Notes: a model not told the origin generated them from the letters alone. A stretch of 64,000 nt of DNA from an uncultured Alphaproteobacteria bacterium (GCA_944389385.1 CALXMC010000001.1:189303-253302), one strand, 5' to 3'. Positions 31,237 through 41,021 are shown, counted from the stretch's first letter. Translations and numbers: made by a program.

Positions 31237-31703
31237 GTAAAATAGACTATCAAAATTTATTGGATAATGCGTTAAAATCTGTTGTGAAAGAGGCTCTTGT
31301 TTATGCACAAATAAACGGCCTGGGCGATGGCGCGCATTTTTATATCACATTCAAAACACGTGCGCCTGGCGTTGTTTTACCGGATTTTTTGCGCATACGT
31401 TATCCTGACACAATGACCATTGTGTTACAGTATTCGTATAACAATCTGAATGTATCGGACAAAGAATTCGGTGTTCAATTAACATTTGATGGCCGGCCGT
31501 TTTTTATTCGTGTGCCGTTTTCTGCGCTGGTCGAATTCAAAGATCCATCTGCGGATTTCATGTTATCGTTTCATCCACGTGGTGCTGCCGCTGCAACGGC
31601 CGATAATGATATGGAATTACCATTGGACGAAAAACCGGGTGTTGTTCCAGACCGCGGTCGCGTTGTTTCGTTGGATGAATTTCGCAAAAACAAAAAGCAA
31701 TAA
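31233..31703 (+). CDS. sspB: ClpXP adaptor SspB-like protein (stringent starvation protein B family)
   Basis: N-terminal fold pattern …LLDNALKSVVKEAL…HFYITFKTRAPGVVLPDFLRIRYPDTMTIVLQYSYNNL…FDGRPFFIRVPFSALVEF… followed by an acidic or disordered tail. Confidence 0.6.
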   Translation: MSKIDYQNLLDNALKSVVKEALVYAQINGLGDGAHFYITFKTRAPGVVLPDFLRIRYPDTMTIVLQYSYNNLNVSDKEFGVQLTFDGRPFFIRVPFSALVEFKDPSADFMLSFHPRGAAAATADNDMELPLDEKPGVVPDRGRVVSLDEFRKNKKQ

Positions 31704-31730
31704 AAACACCGGCAAATGCCGGTATTTTTT
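31703..31730. terminator. Bidirectional intrinsic terminator (CACCGGCAAATGCCGGTA variant)
   Basis: AAAAACACCGGCAAATGCCGGTATTTTTT between convergent sspB and gpsA. Confidence 0.65.
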
Positions 31731-31733
31731 ATA

Positions 31734-32600
31734 TTATTTTAATCCCATTTTTTTCTGCATTTCGATCAACAACGGCGTATCAACCCCAAGATTTTTTGCG
31801 CGCCGAATCAGTCCGTCCAGTGCGAATATACCCTCGACTGTGCCGGTGGGTGGGTTTCCGTTTGCGATTGCGGCGCCACCTGCAAAATTGCGACTGGTTG
31901 ATGATGTGGCGGATAAAACCAAATCGCCTATGCCACACAAATCCAAGAACGTGCGCATTTTTGCGCCACTGCGGATGCCCAGATCCATAACCTCGCCCCA
32001 GGTGCGTGTAAATATCATTGCGCGTTCATTTTCGCCGGCCGCAGTCACGGACGCATATCCACAAATCAACGCAACTGCATTTTTACCGACCCCACAAATT
32101 TGAGTTCCAATAACATCATCGGTTGGGCTGATGTATAATTTATTCAATATCGCCCTGCCCGCCTCTATTGCGCGCGGCGTGCCCGCCAGTGTCGAGCCAG
32201 TTGGAACCCCTCGTGCAACCTCGGCTGCGAATTGTGGACCGGACAACACACCAACATCGGTTGCCGTCGGCAATTCAGATGCGATAATTTCCGACATAAA
32301 ATCACCGGTTGCGCTTTCTGCGCCCTTGGTGCAGATAATAACAGGTTGGTTATTATAATATTGTGCTGCATTTCGCATTGTTGTCCGGAAAAAGGCGGCG
32401 GGTGTTACAATCAACCATGCCTCGCACGTTGACATTTGTGCCATGTCGCGTGTTATACGTAAATTTTGTGGCATATCAACACCATCAAAATTTTTATACT
32501 CGCCATCAAAAGACCAAAGAACAACATCCGCCCCGCCCTGTGCAGAAATAATTGCCAACGCTGTTCCCCATGCGCCTGCGCCAATTACACCGACTTTCAT
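31734..32600 (-). CDS. gpsA: Glycerol-3-phosphate dehydrogenase [NAD(P)+]
   Basis: MKVGVIGAGAWGTALA Rossmann N-terminus, …GKNAVALICG… 288 aa. Confidence 0.88.
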   Translation of the reverse strand: MKVGVIGAGAWGTALAIISAQGGADVVLWSFDGEYKNFDGVDMPQNLRITRDMAQMSTCEAWLIVTPAAFFRTTMRNAAQYYNNQPVIICTKGAESATGDFMSEIIASELPTATDVGVLSGPQFAAEVARGVPTGSTLAGTPRAIEAGRAILNKLYISPTDDVIGTQICGVGKNAVALICGYASVTAAGENERAMIFTRTWGEVMDLGIRSGAKMRTFLDLCGIGDLVLSATSSTSRNFAGGAAIANGNPPTGTVEGIFALDGLIRRAKNLGVDTPLLIEMQKKMGLK

Positions 32601-34213
32601 TTCAAATTCCTTATTTTCTTTTCTACTTTTTTAATAATTACCAATCCATCATCAGACAGTTCAATCGCACGCTGATATGCATCCAGAGCCAATTTTTCAT
32701 CGCCCAATGCAACGTATAAATCACCCAATTGTTCAAACAAAGATGAACAAGAATTTGATATTTCACCCACGCGCGCAATAACATCCAAAGCCGGTTGAGC
32801 ACCCTCGCGCACAGTGACAACACGCCCCAACGTATCCCATGCCATAATATCCGTTGGGTCTTGTCTGACCAGTGTCATGGCGTAATCGTATGCGTCTTCG
32901 ATATTTCGCCCCTGGGCGGCCCATATTTTCGCCTGTAACGCCAATATTTCACCATCCAACGGCAACGTTTCTGATGCGTCATGCAGGTCTGTTTGTGCGC
33001 TTTCAAAATCTTCGAACATGTAATAAATATGTGCACGACTTTTTACAAAAAAAGCATGCCCCAATTCATTCAGATTTTCGTCGTCCAATGCCGCATTAAC
33101 CACACGCAGTGCACCGCGCTTATCATTATTTTGAATGTTATATGCAATCAGTTTATTGACCGCCGGCACAAACAAAGGATTTTGTTCTGTGGCACGTTCC
33201 AATGTTTTTATATCGCCACTGCGTTCTGCGTCGCGCAACACAGCGAACAAATAAAACGGACTGTCAACCGGGATTTTATCGAAAAATGACCGGTAATTGC
33301 CGGTGTTATTATAAAAAAATTGCCCCAGGTAATAATTCACTGCGTCACTGGTTTGGCCGAATAATGGCGATGTAATTTGTGCGAATCGCAATAATAAAAT
33401 CGCCAAATCAGAATACATCATGATTTGTGTATGCGACACAGTTTGCACCAAACTGAATGCCAATTGGTTTTTGTATCCCGAAAACATCGACCAATCAGGA
33501 ATATTGTTGTAATCCAACATATACATACCGCCCGGACGTGCAGTAAAATCATTATGCAAACGTTCTGCATCATCCATTAAATCATGATGCTGATAAAACG
33601 ACATTAAATACATATAATCGTTTATATTCAAAAAATCCGTACTGACATTTGCGAATTCTTCTGCGGCACGATCGATTTTGCCGGTTTCCGCATAAATTTG
33701 TCCTGAAACGAAATGTTGCCATGATTCATTGGTCGGCAATTCCCGGATAAATTCCAATGTTTTTGTTATATGATTTGTTGCGATTCCAGACCAAATACGC
33801 AACGGTGCCGCCAATGCAGACGTATCTTTTTTATGGCGGGAATACATTTCGTCCCACTTGTCATTTTGCACCAAATACGCGTCATATATCAGCCGTGACG
33901 CAGTGTTTTTTTCTTCTTCCAGTACAATGATTTCGTCCGGCATGTGGCCGCTTAAAAATTCGGATAAAAATTTAGTTGATTGAACGGTCGCATATTCAAC
34001 ATCTGTTAATTTGCCGGCAAATTTGGCCGCCGAATCAAAATCATTGACATAGATAGCATGTTGAGCCGCCAAAAAAGCCCCAAATTGAGTTGTTGGATAT
34101 GTGTGTGTTTGTTGCGCCCGGTTAAAATGGTTGTGGCACAAATACGCACCACCAATCACAGCCATGATTGCAACCACCCCTGCGCCGATAAATAATGTTT
34201 GTGCTTTTTTCAT
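32597..34213 (-). CDS. Hypothetical TPR-repeat protein with N-terminal membrane anchor
   Basis: About 538 aa; N-terminal TM after MKKAQTLFIGAGVVAIMAV; C-terminal TPR-like helical repeats (…ALDAYQRAIELSDD…); 4-nt overlap with gpsA. Confidence 0.6.
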   Translation of the reverse strand: MKKAQTLFIGAGVVAIMAVIGGAYLCHNHFNRAQQTHTYPTTQFGAFLAAQHAIYVNDFDSAAKFAGKLTDVEYATVQSTKFLSEFLSGHMPDEIIVLEEEKNTASRLIYDAYLVQNDKWDEMYSRHKKDTSALAAPLRIWSGIATNHITKTLEFIRELPTNESWQHFVSGQIYAETGKIDRAAEEFANVSTDFLNINDYMYLMSFYQHHDLMDDAERLHNDFTARPGGMYMLDYNNIPDWSMFSGYKNQLAFSLVQTVSHTQIMMYSDLAILLLRFAQITSPLFGQTSDAVNYYLGQFFYNNTGNYRSFFDKIPVDSPFYLFAVLRDAERSGDIKTLERATEQNPLFVPAVNKLIAYNIQNNDKRGALRVVNAALDDENLNELGHAFFVKSRAHIYYMFEDFESAQTDLHDASETLPLDGEILALQAKIWAAQGRNIEDAYDYAMTLVRQDPTDIMAWDTLGRVVTVREGAQPALDVIARVGEISNSCSSLFEQLGDLYVALGDEKLALDAYQRAIELSDDGLVIIKKVEKKIRNLK

Positions 34214-34240
34214 ATTAAAAATGATGCTACAATAATATTT

Positions 34241-34798
34241 ATGAATAATAAAGGAAAATTTGTCAGATATGCTGAAATGTTGCGCGATTGGTCTGGGCGC
34301 ATGAATTTGGTTGCCCCCAGTACGTTGGACAACATCGAAACCCGTCATTTTGCAGACTGTGCGCAATTGGCGGATGTATTACCGCATGGCGCGCAAATAA
34401 TCGATTTGGGCAGTGGTGCGGGATTCCCAGGCGTTGTTTTGGCGATATTGGGTTGGGATGTTGTTTGTATCGAATCGATTGGGAAAAAAGTTGCGTTTTT
34501 GACCGCTGTTAAAGACGAATTAAAATTGGATAATCTTACGATTTATCACGGGCGCGTGGAAAATTATGTTGATGCCCTGCCCCGTGATGGAAAATATATT
34601 GTTACAGCGCGCGCATTTGCACCACTGGTTAAAATACTGGATTATGTTGCAAAAATAAATTGCCGGCTTTTTTTGTTAAAAGGCCGGGAAATACCGGCCG
34701 AGATTTCGGTCGCAAAACGTAAATATAAATTCAAATACGAACTGATTCCATCCAAGACCGGCGATGGATTTATAATAATTATACAAAAAGGCCGGTAA
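34241..34798 (+). CDS. rsmG: 16S rRNA (guanine527-N7)-methyltransferase RsmG (GidB)
   Basis: …LDLGSGAGFPGVVLAI… SAM-binding motif, about 185 aa; followed by parA-parB. Confidence 0.85.
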   Translation: MNNKGKFVRYAEMLRDWSGRMNLVAPSTLDNIETRHFADCAQLADVLPHGAQIIDLGSGAGFPGVVLAILGWDVVCIESIGKKVAFLTAVKDELKLDNLTIYHGRVENYVDALPRDGKYIVTARAFAPLVKILDYVAKINCRLFLLKGREIPAEISVAKRKYKFKYELIPSKTGDGFIIIIQKGR

Positions 34799-34930
34799 TT
34801 TCACATGAAATAACATGTAATCTTTTGAAATTACTCAAAAAGTAAAAAATAATAATTTTGCCGGCAAAAACGCACAAAAATGTCGTTTTGGCCGGCGGGT
34901 GTTTGTTGTGTGTTATTTCATGTGAAATAA
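34797..34930. repeat. Pair of 19-bp inverted repeats (TTTCACATGAAA core) flanking a long hairpin upstream of parA; parS-like sites or MITE termini
   Basis: AATTTCACATGAAATAACA (34797-34815) and its reverse complement TGTTATTTCATGTGAAATA (34911-34929); each core is a near-palindrome 1-3 mismatches from the parS consensus TGTTTCACGTGAAACA; central hairpin GCCGGCAAAAACG…CGTTTTGGCCGGC. Confidence 0.45.
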
Positions 34931-35038
34931 AAGATATCGTATTGTTTTTACTGTGTTTTTAATATATGAAATATTATTATCTTGACCGAATCGGTTGTTT
35001 TATTCTATTTTTATTCCGTAAAGGAATGGGAATATAAA

Positions 35039-35812
35039 ATGGTTCAGATAATTGCTTTTGCAAATCAAAAGGGTGGGGTTGGTAAAACGACAACGGCAAT
35101 AAACCTGGCGGCATCACTGGCGGCCATCAAGAAACGCGTGTTGTTGGTGGATTTGGATTCCCAGTGTAATGCCAGTACTGGATTGGGATTTGTTCGTGCT
35201 TCGCATCCACAAAGTGTTTATGGCGTTTTGGCCGGTCAAAGCCGGGCGGTGGATAATATTTTGACTACTGCGGTGCCAGGGTTACATTTAATGCCTTCTT
35301 CACCGGTTTTGGCCGGGGCAGAAAATTATCTAATGGATAATGATGGGGGTGCGTATTTATTGCGTAATGCTTTGGGGGCGGTTTATGAACATTATGATTA
35401 TATTTTATTGGATTGTCCGCCGGCATTGGGTGCGTTGACATTAAATGCGTTAACAACCGCAACGAATGTTATCATACCGTTACAGTGCGAATTTTTCGCA
35501 TTACAGGGGATTTCTGATTTGGTTACGAATATTCGCAGTATTCGTGAAAAATGGAATCCTGAATTGGAAATTTTGGGCATATTGTTAACTATGTATGACA
35601 AGCGTTATGGCCAAACACATCAGGCTGAAAAGGATGTTCGTGATACGTTTGGGGATGTGGTGTTCAAAACGGTAATCCCGCGCAATGTTCGTGTGTCCGA
35701 GGCACCCAGTCACGGCATTCCTGCGTTATTTTATGATTTCAAATCACCGGGCGCCCAGGCGTATGTTCGTGTCGCGACCGAGGTTGTAGAACGTTTGGAA
35801 CAAGGGGAATAA
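35039..35812 (+). CDS. parA: Chromosome partitioning ATPase ParA (Soj)
   Basis: MVQIIAFANQKGGVGKTTTAINLA deviant Walker A; 257 aa. Confidence 0.92.
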   Translation: MVQIIAFANQKGGVGKTTTAINLAASLAAIKKRVLLVDLDSQCNASTGLGFVRASHPQSVYGVLAGQSRAVDNILTTAVPGLHLMPSSPVLAGAENYLMDNDGGAYLLRNALGAVYEHYDYILLDCPPALGALTLNALTTATNVIIPLQCEFFALQGISDLVTNIRSIREKWNPELEILGILLTMYDKRYGQTHQAEKDVRDTFGDVVFKTVIPRNVRVSEAPSHGIPALFYDFKSPGAQAYVRVATEVVERLEQGE

Positions 35813-35815
35813 AAT

Positions 35816-36703
35816 ATGACGACTAAATTTGGAATGGGGCGCGGATTGGCGGATATTAAACAGGAAATGGGTAATATACCCGATATATCGGTATTAACCG
35901 GGGCAGGGCGCGTTGTTGTAAAACAAATCCCACTGGCGCAAATTGGCGCGAATCCGGACCAACCGCGTAAAACATTTACAGAATCGGAATTGGCGGATTT
36001 GACGGCGTCCATTCGCGAACGCGGTGTGTTACAACCGATTTTATTACGTGCCGTGACGGGACGTCCGTATATGTATGAAATTGTGGCGGGCGAACGCAGA
36101 TACCGCGCCAGTAAATTGGCGGGATTGACGGAAATTCCCGCGTTGGTTAAACAAATTACGCCTGAAAACGCGATGGAAATTGCGTTGATTGAAAATGTAC
36201 AACGTGAAAATTTGAACCCGGTCGAGGAATCTGCTGCGTATAAAAATATAATGGAAAAGTGTGGATATGAATTGGCGGATGTTGCCAGGTTAATAGGCAA
36301 ATCAGAAAGTTACATTCGCAATTTAATCCGTTTGGATGATTTGCCGGCCGATGTAAAGCAAATGGTGGCGCGTGGGGATATATCTGCGTCGCACGCGCGC
36401 ACGATTGCGGTTGCTGAAAATCCGACCGAATTGGCGCGTGCAATTGCGGAAAAACATTTATCGGTTGCAGATACTGAAAAAATGGTGCGCGCCGCGCCAC
36501 GTCGTGCTGCATCGCGTGCACATACATCAAAAACGATTGACGCGGCCACCGTTCGCGAAATAGAGGCCAAAATCAGCAACGTGTTTGGCGCACCTGTTAA
36601 ATTGCGCGAAAAGCGGGGTGGGGCGGGGCAGATAATTTTTGAATTTGCCACCCGCACACAAATGAATGAATTGGTTGATAAATTGGTTAATCATAACGCA
36701 TAA
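35816..36703 (+). CDS. parB: Chromosome partitioning protein ParB (Spo0J)
   Basis: ParB-N with GERRYRAS motif, HTH, C-terminal dimerisation domain; 295 aa. Confidence 0.92.
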   Translation: MTTKFGMGRGLADIKQEMGNIPDISVLTGAGRVVVKQIPLAQIGANPDQPRKTFTESELADLTASIRERGVLQPILLRAVTGRPYMYEIVAGERRYRASKLAGLTEIPALVKQITPENAMEIALIENVQRENLNPVEESAAYKNIMEKCGYELADVARLIGKSESYIRNLIRLDDLPADVKQMVARGDISASHARTIAVAENPTELARAIAEKHLSVADTEKMVRAAPRRAASRAHTSKTIDAATVREIEAKISNVFGAPVKLREKRGGAGQIIFEFATRTQMNELVDKLVNHNA

Positions 36704-36713
36704 AAAATATGTA

Positions 36714-36746
36714 AAAAGGCCGGCAAAAGCCGGCAATTTTTATATT
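36714..36746. terminator. Intrinsic terminator hairpin
   Basis: AAAAAGGCCGGCAAAAGCCGGCAATTTTTAT downstream of parB. Confidence 0.6.
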
Positions 36747-36770
36747 GTGAATCAGCGACGCAAAAATAAC

Positions 36771-36800
36771 AAAAAACACCGGCAATTACCGGTGTTTTTT
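36771..36800. terminator. Bidirectional terminator (CACCGGCAATTACCGGTG family member)
   Basis: AAAAAACACCGGCAATTACCGGTGTTTTTT between parB and pal. Confidence 0.65.
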
Positions 36801-36818
36801 GCATATTTTGAACAACAA

Positions 36819-37235
36819 TTATTTAACTGTTGTTGTGGCATTACGATTCCATTTCCAAACTTCTTCGCCAGTACCCTGGACCAACGGACGTTCTTTGCCG
36901 TATGAAATTGTGGAAATACGCGATGGTTCGATACCGTCGTCAACCAAGACGGCCTTGGCCGCATTGGCACGACGTGCGCCCAATGCCAAATTGTATTCCG
37001 ATGAACCACGTTCGTCGCAATTACCAGCAATCTGGATTTTTGTATCCGCGTGATTTTTCATATACAGCGATTGACCCAACAGGTTATCGCGTGCCTCGTC
37101 CGAGATTTCATATGAATCGAACGCAAAATATACGCGTTGATCGTTCAAATCAGCCGGTTCAACGATTGTAGAACCACCACAGGCGGCCAACAAACCCGCA
37201 ACACTAGCCAACATAGCAAAGTTTTTTATTTTCAT
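36819..37235 (-). CDS. pal: Peptidoglycan-associated lipoprotein Pal (OmpA-like domain)
   Basis: Lipobox LLAAC; OmpA-C domain (…FDSYEISDEARDNL…NCDERGSSEYNLALGARRANAAK…); 138 aa. Confidence 0.85.
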   Translation of the reverse strand: MKIKNFAMLASVAGLLAACGGSTIVEPADLNDQRVYFAFDSYEISDEARDNLLGQSLYMKNHADTKIQIAGNCDERGSSEYNLALGARRANAAKAVLVDDGIEPSRISTISYGKERPLVQGTGEEVWKWNRNATTTVK

Positions 37236-37313
37236 GAAAATACTCCCTTGAGTTTCTGTTACTCGTGTTCTATTGTAAATTAAGATGTTTGAAAAATCAA
37301 GGAAAAAGGCAGA

Positions 37314-38087
37314 ATGAACGATTTTGACTTGCGTGATTTATTATTGGCGGGCGTGCGTTGGGAATTGACCGATATGCCAACTGCAATGGCGGCGGCCGCA
37401 CGTGCGGCGACGGTGTCGAATGACGATGTGCCGGCATCTGGTGTGCAATCGCGCACCCAGACCGCAATTGTACCACCGATTGCACCACAACACGCTGTGT
37501 CCATTGAAACGGCTGTGGCGATGGCGGCGCGACCTGGGAACACAGATGCGTTGTTACGAATGGTGGCTGAATTTAATCATCCGCTGCGGGGCGGGGTGAC
37601 GAATGTAGTTTTGCCACATATTGCCCCAAATCCAAATGGTTTGGTTGTTGTAACAGACGTTCCATCCGGCGATGATGATGCGTCTGGACGAATTTTATCT
37701 GGGGCAGCCGGCGAATTATTTGATAAAATGTTGGCGGCGATTGGTCTGTCGCGTGAAAATGTATCTATTGTGCCGATGGTATTTTGGCGTACGCCGGGCG
37801 GTCGCACCCCGACGGCGGACGAATTAAAACTTGCGCGGCCATTTATGGACAAATTTATGGATTTTTTGCGTCCGAAATTTATTTTGACCCTGGGTACATT
37901 GGCGGCGACGGAAATAATTGGTGCCGCGTTGCCACGTGCGCATGGAATGACGACGATATTGCCAAATGGTGCAACGGCCATGCCGATTTATCATCCGAAT
38001 TATTTGATGTTAAAACCGGCCGCCAAAAGGGACGCATGGAACGCATTGCAAACCATGCAAAATTTGTTGAATTCGCCGGATAAATAG
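37314..38087 (+). CDS. Uracil-DNA glycosylase superfamily protein (family 4-like) with about 110-aa N-terminal extension
   Basis: C-terminal 150 aa fits the UDG family-4 fold (…VVVTDVPSGDDDASGRILSGAAGELFDKMLAAIGL…HPNYLM…). Confidence 0.65.
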   Translation: MNDFDLRDLLLAGVRWELTDMPTAMAAAARAATVSNDDVPASGVQSRTQTAIVPPIAPQHAVSIETAVAMAARPGNTDALLRMVAEFNHPLRGGVTNVVLPHIAPNPNGLVVVTDVPSGDDDASGRILSGAAGELFDKMLAAIGLSRENVSIVPMVFWRTPGGRTPTADELKLARPFMDKFMDFLRPKFILTLGTLAATEIIGAALPRAHGMTTILPNGATAMPIYHPNYLMLKPAAKRDAWNALQTMQNLLNSPDK

Positions 38088-38125
38088 ATAATAATTGCGT
38101 CATAATATATCAAAAGGAGCGTACA

Positions 38126-38674
38126 ATTAAACCGCAAATTAACCGTGATAATCGTCGGGATACGGGCCCGCGTGTAAACAATCGGATTTTTGCTAAATCC
38201 GTCCAGGTAATCGATGAAAATGGCCAAAATTTGGGCGTTATGCAGACGTCTGATGCGTTGAACATGGCGATGGATGCAGGGCTGGATTTGGTTGAGATCA
38301 GTTCAAATGGCACAACGCCGATTGTTAAAATAATGGATTTTGGCAAGTATAAGTACGAGCAGAAAAAACGTGCGTCCGAGGCCAGAAAGAATCAAAAAAC
38401 GGTCGGTATGAAGGAGGTTTGGGTAAAGCCTTTTATCGAAGAAAACGACCTGAATATAAAAATGAAAAAAGTTTTTGAATTTCTGGGGGATGGCAACAAA
38501 GTCAAAGTTGCTGTGATGACCCATGGTTCGAAAAAGGTTTTGGCACGGGGCAGGGATGCCGTACCGGAATTATTCGCGCGAATAATGGAAATTGTGGGCG
38601 ATCGTGGGACTTTGGAATCAAAATCAAAGCCCGATGAACGCACGAAATCCATTATAATTGCGCCTGCGAAATAA
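38126..38674 (+). CDS. infC: Translation initiation factor IF-3 with non-canonical AUU start codon
   Basis: In-frame translation from ATT at 38126 gives IKPQINRDNRRDTGPRVNNRIFAKSVQVIDENGQNLGVM…, the canonical IF3 N-domain, preceded by AAAAGGAG SD; the C-domain ORF (38231-) lacks this N-domain otherwise. Confidence 0.85.
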   Translation: MKPQINRDNRRDTGPRVNNRIFAKSVQVIDENGQNLGVMQTSDALNMAMDAGLDLVEISSNGTTPIVKIMDFGKYKYEQKKRASEARKNQKTVGMKEVWVKPFIEENDLNIKMKKVFEFLGDGNKVKVAVMTHGSKKVLARGRDAVPELFARIMEIVGDRGTLESKSKPDERTKSIIIAPAK

Positions 38675-38678
38675 AAAC

Positions 38679-38705
38679 GCCCGATTGGGCGTTTTTTTTA
38701 TGACC
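38679..38705 (+). terminator. Intrinsic terminator after infC
   Basis: AAAAACGCCCGATTGGGCGTTTTTTTT. Confidence 0.7.
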
Positions 38706-38716
38706 AACGAAAAAAT

Positions 38717-38744
38717 TTGCATCCAGTCGATTTTGAATTATAAT
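38717..38744 (+). promoter_or_regulatory. Sigma70-like promoter for pnp
   Basis: TTGCAT-16 nt-TATAAT. Confidence 0.45.
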
Positions 38745-38771
38745 GCCCAGGACGGCGAAGGATAAATTATT

Positions 38772-38807
38772 CATTCTTGCATTTTTTATGGAATGCAAAA
38801 ACGAATG
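38772..38807 (+). promoter_or_regulatory. Long hairpin in pnp 5' UTR (candidate RNase III/PNPase autoregulatory site)
   Basis: CATTC-TTGCATT-TTTTATGG-AATGCAA-AAAC-GAATG nested stem about 45 nt upstream of the pnp start. Confidence 0.4.
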
Positions 38808-38852
38808 ATTTTTCTTCGCGTTTAACAGTAACAAAAAAACATGGAGAAAAAT

Positions 38853-41021
38853 ATGTTATTTGGTTTATTTAACAAAGGTGAAAAAACTCACTTGAATAAC
38901 CCAGTTGCGGTTGAAATCCCGTATGGTGATGAAACACTGCGTCTGGAAACGGGTCGTATGGCCAAGCAGGCCAACGGCGCGGTTTTGGCAACAATGGGCG
39001 GAACAATGGTTTTGGCAACGGTCTGTGCAGAAAAGACCGCGGTCGAGGGTCAAGACTTTTTCCCATTAACCGTTGATTACCAGGAAAAATTTGCGTCTGC
39101 GGGCCGTATCCCAGGTTCGCGTGACCGGCGCGAGGGCAAGGCATCGACCGCAGAAACATTGACTGCGCGTTTGATTGACCGCCCAATTCGTCCGCTGTTT
39201 CCGGAAACATTCAAAAACAAAGTTCAAATTGTTGTCCAAGTGTTTTCGTATGACCGCAAAAACCAACCTGATATTTTGGCGATGATTGCTGCATCTGCGG
39301 CGTTGTCTTTGTCTGGTGTGCCGTTCGCAGGCCCGATTGGCGCGGCGCGTGTTGGTTATGCGGATGGGAAATATATCCTGAATCCGTCCAAACGTATGGT
39401 GGAAGATTCTGAAATGGATTTGGTTGTTGCTGCGACCAAAGACGGTGTGTTGATGGTCGAATCAGAAATTGGCGAATTGGATGAAAAAACGGTTCTGGGC
39501 GCGGTTAAATTCGGTTTTGATGCGCAACAGGATGTTATCCGTGCAATCAACGAATTGACGGATGCGGCCGGCAAAGAACGCTGGGCTGTGCCTGAAAAGT
39601 CGGCTGAATATGTCGCGATGGAAAAAGATTTCGAATCTTTCGCGGCTGAAATCGAATCAGCACTGCAAATCAAGGAAAAATTAACGCGTTTGGATACATT
39701 GGCCCAGATTCATGTCGCGGCCAAGGCGCGCATTCCTGAATTGTTCCCGGATACAACCGTGGCCACATCTACGTTGGAATCTGCGGCGGATGAAATTATC
39801 GAAAATATTACTGCGCGTATTATGCGTGGCAATATCTTGGCCGGCAAACCACGTATTGACGGCCGTGATACAAAGACAGTTCGTCCGATTGAAATCGAAT
39901 TGGGCGTATTGCCACGCGCACATGGATCTGCGTTATTCACACGTGGCGAAACCCAGGCGTTGGTGTCTTTGACATTGGGCGGCGGCAAAGATGCTTTGCC
40001 GATTGAAAGCCTGGATGGCGAAGAAGAACGCGATTTTATATTGAATTATAATTTCCCTGGATATTCGGTTGGCGAATGCAAAGGGTTAAAATCCCCGGGA
40101 CGTCGCGAAATTGGACACGGTAACCTGGCATGGCGTGCGTTGCATCCAATGGTGCCCAGCCGTGAAAAATTCGACTATGTTATCCGTGTAGTGTCCGATA
40201 TTTTGGAATCGAATGGGTCTTCGTCGATGGCGACAACATGCGGCGCAACGTTGGCGATGATGGATGGCGGTGTGCCATTGACTCGTCCGGTTGCGGGTAT
40301 CGCCATGGGCTTGATAAAAGAAGGCGATGATTACGCCATCTTGACCGATATTTTGGGTGATGAAGATCACTTGGGCGACATGGATTTCAAAGTAACCGGT
40401 ACCGACCAGGGTATTACCGCATTACAGATGGATATTAAAATCACATCCATTACATTTGAAATCATGGAACATGCACTGGCCCAGGCGCGCGATGGCCGTA
40501 TGCACATTTTGGGCAAAATTGAAAAGGCTATCAAGGCACCACGTGATCATGTGTCTGAATACGCGCCCCAGTTATATACCATGAAAATCAATCCTGAAAA
40601 AGTCCGCGATGTTATCGGCAAAGGTGGTTCTGTTATCCAGGCTTTGACGCGCGAAACAGATACCCAGATTGACTTGGAAGATGACGGAACGGTTAAAATC
40701 ATGGCCACAACGCGCGAAAACGCGGATGCAGCAATCGCACGTATCAAAGATATCGTGGCTGAACCCGAAGTCGGCATGATTTATCCGGGCGTTGTGTCTG
40801 GGGTCAAAGATTTCGGATTGTTTGTAAAGATTTTGAACGGCTTTGAATCCATGGTTCATATTTCTGAAATCACAGGTGACAGAATCGCAAAAATCGAAGA
40901 CACAAAAATCAAAGAAGGCGACAAAGTATTTGTCCGCTATCTGGGTGCCGACAAGCGTGGTAAAACACGTATGTCTATGGTTGGTATCGACCAGAAAACA
41001 GGTGCCGAAATCAAAAAATAA
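38853..41021 (+). CDS. pnp: Polyribonucleotide nucleotidyltransferase (PNPase)
   Basis: Two RNase PH domains, KH and S1 C-terminal domains (…GIYPGVVSGVKDFGLFVKI…); start at MLFGLF (38853, GGAG SD) or 12 nt upstream. Confidence 0.93.
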   Translation: MLFGLFNKGEKTHLNNPVAVEIPYGDETLRLETGRMAKQANGAVLATMGGTMVLATVCAEKTAVEGQDFFPLTVDYQEKFASAGRIPGSRDRREGKASTAETLTARLIDRPIRPLFPETFKNKVQIVVQVFSYDRKNQPDILAMIAASAALSLSGVPFAGPIGAARVGYADGKYILNPSKRMVEDSEMDLVVAATKDGVLMVESEIGELDEKTVLGAVKFGFDAQQDVIRAINELTDAAGKERWAVPEKSAEYVAMEKDFESFAAEIESALQIKEKLTRLDTLAQIHVAAKARIPELFPDTTVATSTLESAADEIIENITARIMRGNILAGKPRIDGRDTKTVRPIEIELGVLPRAHGSALFTRGETQALVSLTLGGGKDALPIESLDGEEERDFILNYNFPGYSVGECKGLKSPGRREIGHGNLAWRALHPMVPSREKFDYVIRVVSDILESNGSSSMATTCGATLAMMDGGVPLTRPVAGIAMGLIKEGDDYAILTDILGDEDHLGDMDFKVTGTDQGITALQMDIKITSITFEIMEHALAQARDGRMHILGKIEKAIKAPRDHVSEYAPQLYTMKINPEKVRDVIGKGGSVIQALTRETDTQIDLEDDGTVKIMATTRENADAAIARIKDIVAEPEVGMIYPGVVSGVKDFGLFVKILNGFESMVHISEITGDRIAKIEDTKIKEGDKVFVRYLGADKRGKTRMSMVGIDQKTGAEIKK

